The position numbers and the translations under genes are program-made. 64,000 nucleotides of DNA, taken from a virus. Under the pieces are notes generated by a model. That model did not search any database. It was not told the origin of the DNA and saw only the letters and a list, made by a program, of their open reading frames with translations. This document shows, in pieces, positions 30,501 to 42,500 of the stretch (its first letter is position 1; each line of letters begins with the position of its first letter). Where the stretch lies: positions 1 through 64,000 of IMG/VR virus record IMGVR_UViG_3300022890_000019. One strand, 5' to 3'.

Positions 30501-33500
30501 TCGTAAGTCATCCCTAGATACTTAGAAAGCTCGTTCTCTGCCTTATAGAGGTCAAAGTCCATTACTGGTACTCCATTGCGTAAAGCTACAAAGCGAGTCA
30601 TCCTACGTAAAGCTTCTGCTGTGAAGACGTATTTTTTAAGCTCTGTAAGGACCTGATAGTTTTCTCTTCTCTCCTGCTCACTCTTTATAGCACGTATGTC
30701 TCTGGACAGCTCTTCTATAAGATTCATGTCCGGTGGAGTGTTCTCATCTACCTTTTCAGCTTCAGTAAGTTTTGTCTCTAAAGCTTCTCTCTTAGAAAGT
30801 AAAGATTTGTTGCTGTCAGTATTTTTACTTCTCTCGTTAAGGACCATCTCTTCAGCTACCAGTTCATATACCTGTTCTGCCTCAAAAACTTCTAAGCTGT
30901 TCTGGAAACTTCTTTGTGTATAGATCTTCTCTACTACAGGATGTTCGAAGAATGTAGCTATCTCCTGGTTGCTCTTACCGTCAGCAGTCATTACAGCTAC
31001 CACGGGAACAGCTTCAGCAGTGATACCTAGCCTACCTAATACAAGCTCTTTGGCATTATCTAAGGCTACCTGCATCCAATTACCTAAATTGATAAATGGA
31101 GATGTGCTCCACTGCTCTTCGTCAAACAGTGAGAGGTTTCTTAACCCCGGAGCATTATTTCTGATAAAGGTCTTTCCTAGCTGTGCCAGGTAAGAGACTC
31201 CTGAGAGAGACATGGCCAAGATACCTATAGCCTTGTTACCTTCACTAGCAGTTTGACTACTATCAAGGTAAGAGGCAAAATCATTATCTCTTCCATACTT
31301 TCTTTTCTTTTTATCTACAAGTTCCTTTAAGCCTTTTACATCTGACTTAATAAATATCTTACTAGCATTAGCAGGGTCCTGGTATACATTGTCTATCTCA
31401 TCAAGGATAGCGTTACGAGCACCACCCTCTCCTTCGATAGCTAACTTACCATCAGCAAACTCTCTCATATATACCGTTAACTGGTCAATATCCTGGTCAG
31501 CATTGTTACGGATGTTCATCTCTACAGGAACATAAGCTGTGTTACCATTGTCATTGATAAAAGCTGTGATCTCTAATATAGAAGCACTGCCTAACCTATC
31601 TGCAGGTACACGACCTGAATATACTTTTAGAGACTCTTTGAAGTTTCTAAAGTAAGACAGTGGATCTTCTGGACTGTTTCTAAATATAGGAGAACTCTCT
31701 TTGTTGATAACAGAGCCACCTTCAGCTAAAGTCTGTAAGAAGTCTATAAACTCATCATCGTTTAGGTTACGTACATTCCAGGATAACACTTCTCCATTAG
31801 CTTCTGCTTCTATAGTAAAGACATCGTTAAGAGTTTCATCATTCTTTATACCAAACTCTCTCATGTAAGGATAAGGCATTACCGTCTGTCCTCTCTGAAT
31901 ACCTTCATTGCCAGCAGTCATATCTTTTAAGTCTGCAGGAGTATATCCGAGATCTATAAGGTCTTCTACTGACTCTATAGTGCTATTGGTAAACCGTTCT
32001 ATCTCTTGTAGAGTATAAGGAATCCCATTCTCATAATAAAGCTGATAACCATAGGAAGAAGACTGGTTTACACGTAAGCCTTTAAAAGAGGTACGTATAG
32101 CATTGTCGTTTACAAAACTCCTATAAGCCTGTTTTAACTTCTGTGCTACTTCAGGAGAATGTATAATGCCAGGGTTGTTGATAACATTGTTGATAAGGTC
32201 AGTGTATCCTGTGATAAGACCCATCTGACGTATAGCCTGTAAGCCTCTCTCTCTGAGGAAAGAAACAAACTTCTCTATATCCTGTTCGTTAAAGGCTGCT
32301 TCTGGTTTGTTAGCCTCTATACCCATCAAAGTATTTATCCTAGCCTTACTCATAGTATAAAGCTCTTCTTGTAATATCCTTATCCTCTTACCTCTGTTTA
32401 GGTTACTAGCACCTATGCCCATATAGGATAGATTCTGTGAAGGAGGAGCCTGTCTTTGTACCTTGTTAGTCTCTTGGTATGGATTTAACACTATACGCAG
32501 AGAAGAGTTGTCAAAATCTCTTGCTATGAGATCTTTCTCTTCAGAAGAGTAAGGATCATACATGTTCACATAGTTGACAGTCTGCTTCTCTATAGTCTCA
32601 TCAGCAAATCCTCTTGGAGTACGAGCCTTTATCTCTTCAGAGAAGTTACTCTCTTCTACGATCCAGTCTCTTAGGTTCCTAAATGCTTTCTGTGCATCCC
32701 TGCTACCAGCATGACCTGTAGCTTCATAAAGTTCTTTGAATTTAGCATAGAGGTCTATATCATAGTTCTCAAAGTCTTTTCTCATAACCTTTGTGACATG
32801 ATCTAATAGATCTTTTTGCATCTGACGTACAGGAAGTGTCTGTTCGTAGGTCTGAGAGCTGAAAAAATTCATAGACTCTTTTTCCTGGTACTGATCACCA
32901 TACTGAAAATCCATACGATTATCCAGAGTCTTGACTCTTGTCTTGTCAATAGGACCATACTGATAATCTATACCACTTTTCTCCATAAAAGATTCCCAGA
33001 GCATAAACCCATTCACACCACCGTCATCATTTTCTATCCATTCACCGGTCGTTGCATCTTCTTTGTACATGGTACTAACCATTATCTCCTTACCCATAGC
33101 AGGGAGACCATATTTAGTATTTACTACAAGCTTACTACCACCAGTTGCTTTAGATCCTGATCTCTTAACCTTATCAGCAGCATCTTTATGGTTCTGTACA
33201 TTACCAAAGGCAAACTCTCCTACCGCATTGTTAACGATATGGTATGCATAGAAGTGAGCTTTGTAGACAGGATTCCATATTATATTCTCTGTAGTAGTTG
33301 TGACTGTGATAGGAGTCTCGGAAACACCATAGCGATTTGCTGAAATAGACATCTCTTCCATGTGCTCTTCCATCTTCTCTGTATAGAAGTAACCCATCTT
33401 ACCTTCTATAAGGGTTTTTACGTCGTTTTGTTGACGATATCCTATTTGTGATAGCTTACCTGCATATTCCCTATATAGTGGAAAGAACAGCTTATCTCTT

Positions 33501-36500
33501 TCAGTCTTGTTTAGTAAGGCAAACCTTTCTCCATTGTTAGAGAACTTCTGATAGTTGTCATGGTTATAGATAGCTTCATATCCAGGTACCTTAAACAGTA
33601 TAGAATTACCGAGTGTAACAGTATTACCATCTAAGAAGTAATCTTTGTTCTTACGTAGTCCAGAACGCATTAGGTCTATAGCCTGCTCATCGGTGAGAGT
33701 CTTAGAGAAAGATTCTAGGCTTTTAGGATTAAAGTTCTTTAAGTCTTTAACAGACCATAGCTCTCTAGGAAATACTTTGGTAAGGTTGTTAGCAGGTATC
33801 TCTCTGGCAAATTTACCCTGGGACATCTGCATCTCTCTGTTAGCTCTCTCAAATTCTATAGCGATACCATGGCTTATCATCTTCTCATCTACATTAGCTG
33901 AGGTGATATTACCATTAGAGTCTCTATCTATGTTTATCAGTCTTCTTCCCTTTCCAAAGGAGAAGTCAGTATTAGTAATATATGTTAGCTCTTTATCAGC
34001 TATATTAGTCATAGTAAGAAAGATATCCTGAAGCTTATCAGTAGACTTACGTATACCTTCTATGAAATTAGCAAGGTTTATAGTAGCTAGATCTTTAGAA
34101 CCAGGCTTTACAATACCTCTATTACCTACACGCAGTCCATTACCTATAGTGAGGCTTCGTATACGGATACCTTTAGGATCAGCTATCCAGTTAGTCCATT
34201 TGCCTTTAGTATTCTTCCAGATAGAGTTATCTAGTATTTCTTTAGGCATATTATTGATCTTATCAGTAAGCCACGCAGAACCATCCCCGAACATATCAAA
34301 GACCCAGGACTTCATCTTAAATCCCCAGGCTTTAGTACCATCAGGTCTATTGGAGAAGAGATCGGAGTCTATACCCTTATTATATACTTCCAGTGCTGCT
34401 ATCACACCAAAGGCATTATAATAGTCTACAGGCTTATAAATCTTAACATCACTCTTAATAGTCTCTACGTTGTTACCTGCAAAGACTTTCTCAAAACCAT
34501 CTATAGTGCTATCGGTGATGTTCATCTTCTTACGAAAGGAACTCATCTCTTGGTTGAAAGGTACAGATAGTTCTTTTATCTGCTTAGCTTCTTGCTTTTT
34601 TGCTTCCTCTTCATTAATAGCTTTATTGTCTAGCTTACGCAATATACCCTTGTTGATAGTCTCTATCTTGTCGAGCATGGTAAGGTTAGAAGACGCAGAC
34701 CAGAACATATTCATAAAGGTCTCTGCCAGGAAGGTATTAGTGTTCTCTAAGTTATACTCAGGAGTACGTTTGTTCAGCTCTACCCTAGCACCTTCATGGT
34801 GCATGTTGTTATACATATTGTAGATAGTCTGGTCAGTGACGTTCTTGAGTCCTATAAAGTTCTTGATGTATGTGAGTATCTTATCTCTACTGTCGTTGTC
34901 ATGGAAAGCCTCAGTGAAAGAGATCTTACCGTCAGTATAAGAGATGACTTTTATCTTCTGCTTGTTCTTTACATAGGAGATACCACTAGAAGTAACTTCA
35001 AACTCTGCATTCTTACCACTGCCTAGTCTATCTTTTACATGCTCTCTGAAGCTCCGGGTGTCTTTGTCATATAGTGTCTGAGAGATGCCATCGATAATCT
35101 CTTTCTTCTTGTTATCAAAAGTATTCTCAAAGGAGTTAACAATATTATATACCGTCTCGTCTCCTGACTTCTTAGACTCTATAAAAGAAGACTTAGGCCT
35201 CATAAAAGAAATATTATAGGATATCAGTGAGTTGATAAAGTCTGAGAGGTCACTCTGGATATCTAGCTTTAGCTGAGACACATTGCTTCTACCGTCACTC
35301 TTGATAAGCTCATCGATACTATTTATCCTATTGCTTAATGAAGGTTTACCTGTGAAAGCTTCAAAGAACCTATGATAGAAACTAAGGATGTTACTACCCT
35401 TATAGGTGTCAAGTCCTGCCTCAGTAGCTAAGTTATAGAGTTCCTGAGTAAAGGCCTCTACTGGATTCAGTGAAGGATCTTTTAGTAGCCTGTTAGCTAC
35501 ACGCATCCCTGCATCTTTCAGAGACTTCTCAAGGTCCTTACTGTTCACAAAGGCATATGCATCTTTAGTATCCCACTCGTTGCGTACCAATCTCCCATTG
35601 CTAGAATAATAGTACTGATGAAACCTAGTAGCATTTATCTGCATCTTCATAAAGTCACTCTTAGTCTGGTCAGGATTTGCATCATCCCCGGCTCTGTTAT
35701 ACTGAGTAGACTGCTTATTCCATTTGTAGAAGCGACCTGTCTCTGGGTTATACCCTGGCATAAGCCTTACTATAAAAGAAGTGAATATTTCTTGGTTAGC
35801 TAACCTAAGCCACCCTAGATTTCTTCTCTCTACTATAGAGAGTTTCTTTGCATCGTCATCAGTGATCTGGCTGTAAGGGATACCTACAGAGGTAAGCTCA
35901 TCAGCAAACTCATTACCATACTCTTCATACTCTTTCTGTACATCTTTGATAGCTTCTGTCATAGGTACTACCTTGTCAACAGATAAATCAGAAGAGAAGA
36001 AAGTATATTGTATTACTGCATCAGCTACAGCATTGAGATACTTGTTAATGTCATTACCAAATACCTTATATTGATTATTGAAGATCTCTATATAGTCAGT
36101 GTTAGGAGTATCATCTTTAGCGAATCCATCTTCTGCCTTATGGTTAAAGTTATCAGCCTGGTATTCGTCAAGCTCACTCTCTCCTTCCATTCTTACAATG
36201 TCTCTACCACCATCATGTACTGGTTGTACATTTCTATAGTAACCGTGATCCATCTTATAAAATAGCTCATCGAGAGTATTTACCCTCTTAGTATATCCAT
36301 TAAAGAGCTTGTTTACAAAGTCTACAAATCTACTCCATAGTCCTTGCTTAGGCTTTACAGAGTCTAAGTTTAGTCCTGAATAGCCATAGTCTCTTGCCAT
36401 CCACTCTGTAAGATAGTCTTCAGTAGCATTAGGAAGGCCTAACAGTTCCTTTGTGGCATTATAGAGCCTCTGACGAGAGTTCTCATCAATTAGGTAGTCG

Positions 36501-39500
36501 AATACCAGATGAAAGAATTCGTGCTTAGGAGTAGTGTATTTAATACCTTTTTTATACAAGGCTAGTTTTATCCTACCATTATACATTAACCCGTGGATGT
36601 CCATACCGTCAAACTGAAGGTTAGGAGTAATATCATTCTTTACCTGTTCCCAAATAGAAGGGTGAGCTATCTTTTCGAATAGTTCTCTTACCGCAGCTAC
36701 AGTTACAGTACGTGGCTCTATGTTATCAGTCTTTATTTCAAACCTAGGTCTCTTAGCACCTTTCTTACTTGCAGGTCCATCTGAACTTTTAGGAGTCTTA
36801 TTAGTAATTTCTTCGTTAACGTCAACAAGTCCATCAGTAGATATATTTACATATGGAAAGTGTATAGCCTCTGCACTGGTAACGATATTCTCCATCTCAC
36901 TAGGTGATAACTCTCTGGTACTTGTGCTTAGGTCTATAGTATACGGCTGGTATAGTTTGTCTATCTGTAGTCTTAGGTTCGCTGCCTCACCGGTAACGTC
37001 ATCTTTATATAGCTCTGTCACCTGGTCCAGGAATGCATCTAGTACGTCAAGCTTTATCTGTGCATCGGTACGTACATTGTCTGAATCTAAAAGGAAGATA
37101 TCTCTGTTTACCCTTACATTGACTCTACCACCTACCTTTTCAAAGTAGGTACCAAAGAAGTCGTTAAGAGCTTTGTTATTAGTAATGATGCTTAGGTTTT
37201 GTGCGAAGACATTCTTCCAGAACATCCTGTTAAGTTCACTACCAAAGAAGCTATCCTGTTCAGAGGCACGGATATCTTTTAGGCTCTGCTTGTCCTCTTT
37301 GATCTTCTCATGCATCCTCTTAGAATTCATCTTCCCAAGGTTGTTAGTCTTAAAGATCACATAGGCCTCGTTAGCAGTACTGTTTACATCACCTTCAGAG
37401 AACTTATACTTTAAGAGTAGTCCTACCCTACCACTACCATAGAATGTCTGTACTATCTTATCAGAGAAAGTAACCATTTGTCCGGAAAGTGTATTCTCTA
37501 TATGAGCCATAAACTCAGCAAAAGTTCTAAGAGGACCTTTGTTATAGATTACATTACCCTCGTTGATATCATTTTCTAGTATGATCTCTCCAAAGCTGTA
37601 CTCATCGGTATTAGAGTCATATCCTTTCTTTCTCAGAGAAGCCTTATAGTAGTTAACCTCTTTGTTAGCTGTATGGTGTTCTGGGCTTAGCTCCATGCCT
37701 GTATAGCTACTGTCAAAGCCTTCAGATATCTGTCGCTTTATATTCTCTAAGGGCTGTGAGTAATCTCTTATCTGCTGCTTAGCGTATCCTGCATCAGTCT
37801 CCCCCAGAGAAGCTATATATTGATTTCTTTGTAAGATCTCTCTTTCATTACTTGTAAGAGACTCTTCGTTGATAGCACTAACCTTAATAGCTAGCACGTT
37901 GTCAAAGTTCTTCCAGGTACCAGTATTTCTATCTTCCATCAATGCTGACTTTAGATATACTAGCTCAGAAGTTACCTTTCTCTTATAGACCATGTTTAAG
38001 ATAGACACTCTATCCTTACGTAGCTGATCCATATTTACATCAGCTGACGAAGTGTTAAAGACACTATAGATAGTACCCCAAAGCTTGTTACCGTTAAGCC
38101 ACGCCTTAGCTTGTCCTGTGAAGAACGTCTTACCACTCTCTATGTCATCAAGGTCAGTAGTCTCTTTAGGGCCACTGCGAAGGGTATACTCTTTCTCAAA
38201 AGTGTTAAGATCTATCTGCTTGCCACCGAGGTATATTTCATACTCTACCACACCATCAGTAGTTTTCTCTATAATAGAATCTATGATATAGAAGTTTCCT
38301 GTAGAGACTTCATCAGCTACAGCACCTTTAACGATGCTTGGCTTTCCTGGGTACTCAGTAAGATACTTGTTAGTAGTATATCCGGGAGTAGGTGCAGGAG
38401 TCTTGACTATAGGATCCAATATTCCTAGAGCTACCTGTGACTCTTTACCAAAAGGTTCTGCTAAAGTCTTGGTAAGCTCATTATAAGCTTTATATTTCTG
38501 TCCTGTAGCAAAAGAGTCTGCTGTCAGGTCTTTCTGGTTCGTTACACTCTGGGTAATCTTAAAGAAGGCACCAGAATCATCTCCTTTGTTGATAGTATAG
38601 ATACCGTTCTTACGGAACTTGTGAAGGATAGGAGTAGCTATCTTAGTCTTTACCTCTTTAGGTTTCTCCTGTGGCTTGATAGCTGACTCTATACCTATGT
38701 TCTTTAGATACTCATTCATATCATTATAGATATCAGAAGTATCAAGTACCTCTTGCTGACCATCTATCCACCATGAAGGCCTCTGTGTAAGATTTAACCC
38801 TTCTGAGCCTACCAGACCCATAAAGCGAGAAGCTCTCCCTACAGCTGTATAAGCACTGTTAGAAGCTACAAATTCTTTTAACTCTTTACCATTGTATTTA
38901 TATCCCCAGCTATTGAGGTTTACTGCCATGTATACTTCATCTTTACGAAGACCTTGGATGCTTGGAATCTTCCTAGGCATCACATTGGTTGCAGGATCAG
39001 ACATCAACACATATACCTGTCCCTGGAATTCTGTCTTTAGGTTACCATGCTTGTCAAAGAGCTTTTCAACTATCTTCCTAGTTTCCTCTTTGGTGTTAGG
39101 ATCTTTTAGGAGTGCATCTATCTGTTCTGAGTTTAAGAAGACAAGAGCACTGCTTACACTCTCTGGCCTGGACAGTGCATCACTGATAACACTATCTACA
39201 GTATTATAATATTTTCCTCCCTCTCTTCTAGTTATCCCTACTGCTTCATATTCGTTGACATACACTTCAGGATAACCCATAGAGTTATTGTCTAGTCTGT
39301 TCCTAAACGCTTCTGCTAGTCTTTCGATAACAGGATTGCGAGTGGTGAACTTAAACATCACCGGGAACGTACGAGCACCCGTCTTCTGTGCATAGGAGAT
39401 ATTGTTCTTAGCATCAGGAGGCATCATCTGTGAAGCATCACCGAGCCATATGATCTGAAAGCTAGGATCGGTAGTATCTTCATTATAGTTCTTATTGATA

Positions 39501-42500
39501 ACTTGTAGGTTGTCTTTACTAAGCAGAGAAGCCTCATCGACTATCATACCTTCATACTGATTAGGGTTTTGTACCTTACCACCTATGAAGTCTGCCATAG
39601 AGATATTATCAAATACCTGATCAATACCTTCTAAAGAACTGCTTAGCGTATTTAGTACCTCCTGGGTATGGTGTACCAATAAATATTTTCTTTTAGGATC
39701 TTTTTTAAGCTGGTCTCTGATAGCTATAGCTTCAGGAATCATATGCTGACTCTTACCACCTCCAAAGTCTCCTCTCATAAAGATAGAGTTAGCCATAAAG
39801 ATATCTTCTTTCTCTGACACCTTCTTTATATGTTCACTGTTGTTAAATTCTACCTCCCTGACGATCTTGAGCACATCAGCATTATGTCCTAGCAGTTGGT
39901 TTACCACCATATTCACACCCATCATCTGTTCGAAGGTAGAGATATTCTGAGCCGTTACATTGACTTTAGACCTTGCACCCTGAAGAGTATTGATGCTCTC
40001 TCCATTAAGAGCCATGAGGAAGTTTACCAGGTAGGTATATCCTTCATGAGTCTTATATACATCATTGACACTATTTACCTTTAACAGATTATAGTAATAG
40101 TTAAGAGTCTCTCCTACCTTAGTATAGTCAGGAGCATTGAAGTAAGCTGAGTTGTATCTGAACTTCTTAGCAGCAAGTAGCCTGTTTATAAAGTCATAGT
40201 TCACTAGCTGGTCACTGGCACCCTGCATCTTTACAAAAATGTCATGTAGCACCTTCTCACTGTTTAACAAGTCTGCCATCTCCTCTACACCCGGAGGAGT
40301 GTTTTTATCCTTTTGTTCCTGGGTAAGGTCTTTAACATCTTCTAACAGTTTCTTAATATCAGGAACGAGCTCTTCCATCATGGTAGGATCCATCTCATAG
40401 AAGAGAGTCACTACCTGCTTCTGAGCATTGATATGTCCTTGACGTAGCTTGATCTGGAAAAACTTACTAGCTTCTTTAGCTAGCTGTACACTGTTACCCA
40501 TAGTATCGAGATCTATCAACATCTCACTTACTTGCTCTCTGCTATTCCTTAGCTCTGACTCACTGACATAATATTTATATGCAGGTAGCTCTTTATTCTT
40601 TGAAGGTTCTAGCTTAGGATGATCTGATCCTTTAGAGAAGAAGAACATTCCTTTATCAGCAGTCTTCAGAGCATCTCTAACAGCATTGATAGACTTAATC
40701 AAAGAGGCTGCAGTAGACGGGTTAAGGTCAGTACTTGTCTGCTCCCTGAAGTTATCCACCCTAGCCCTCATCTCTTCGAGAAACATCATAGGTACATTGT
40801 CATCATTGCTTAGCTGTCTTATCTTCTCTGTATTCTCATCTACAAAAGCATTCTCTGATAGCTGTGTAATAGCATCTATAGTTTCCCTGGTAGTATTAAG
40901 CTGATCTTTTACATCTTCATTGGTAGGATCAGTAGCATATTCATCGTTAAGTTCTTTCTCAAGTTGTTCTAGCTGCTTCTGATATTTAGCACTTTCTCTT
41001 ATTGCCTGGATCTGCTCTTCATTACCCTGTGCAGGGATACCAAAAGTAATTTCTTTAGAGAGAGCTATTATTGCCTTGCAGACACCCTCAAACCCCTTCA
41101 TAAGGTCTTTCTTTGACTTTAGCTTAGAAGCTTCACCTACGGTAGTAAATAGGTCTTTGTGGGTAACTACAGTCTCATTGTTACTCTTTACAATCTTCTC
41201 TTGCTTTTCTATTTCCTGAGTCTGGTATTCTGTGAGCTTCTGTGAGAACTCTGTAGCTTTCTCATAGGTATCTAAATGATCCAGGATATTCCTTTTGTAT
41301 TTAGTCTGGTACTTCTCTGACTTCCGAAACTTATCGGTAAGCTCTGTACCTTCATTCTTAAAATGTTCATCAGAGACATTCTTAGCATAGAGTAAAGCAC
41401 TATACTTCTCTCTGATAGCTTCATTATATTTCTTACTGTATTTTGTGTCTGCACCTTCAGGAACAGTATACTCTTGTATAGCTTGAGAGACAACACCTAG
41501 CTGCTCATCGATCTTAGCTATCTGTGCAGCATCTTCCTCGGTAGCCTCTTCCTTATTCTCTAATGCTAGCTTCTGCTCAGCAAGACCTTTATAGGATACG
41601 ATAAGATCAGTAAGTTCTTTCTGCATGAGCTTACTCCTACCTATAGCCTCAAGTACTATTGGGTTGTCAATACCAAAATCTTTAACGATACCTTCAAACA
41701 TATCCATAGACTGCATCATACCCTGATATGCAACATCATTCATAGAACCATCAACACTCTCAGGATTTTTTATTTCTCCTTCAGTAGAGATGTAATTTGG
41801 ACCTAAAGACTCTTTGTTATATAGATCTTGAGTAGCCTTTCTTAGCTTATCCATCTCACCAGTTACACCATAATAACCCATAGTATAATCTGCCATAGGA
41901 TTCTTGCCGGCACCCATAGTGAGTCCCATTGTAATACCACCCATAAATCCTGCTACAGTAGACTCTAGTACATTATCTCCTATCCTATTAGATAAGTTCT
42001 CTAAGTAACTCTTATTAGCATCTACAGGACCAAATAATCCTTTTCCTGGTAATAATCCATTCTCTCCATCATATCTTATCTGATCATGGAATGTCTGCAT
42101 AGAGTTCTCTATCATCTGCTGAAAGAATTCTTCTGTTCCTTCTTCACCACCTGCTAAGATAGTTCTAGCAAATATAGTTTTCCCCTCAGAAATAGCTTTG
42201 ATAAAGCCGTGCAACCATAATCTTTTTTGTGTCTTTGTACCTTCTTTAAGATTCTTTATACCAAATTTTTTCATTACCTTTTTAGCTGCAGTTAACCTTG
42301 CTGCCTTATCTACAAAATAACCTGATCCTCTAGCAATAACATTTCTGCCTATAAATCCTTCTGTAAATGTCTCAGAAGCTACCTGTATAGGATACATCCA
42401 AGCGATATCAGCTTCCTCTATCCCCATATCTCTAGCAGTCTGTACAAAGTGATGGCCACTCATTAATCCAAAGACTCCAAAAGATGTCCAGGTAGAAGCA

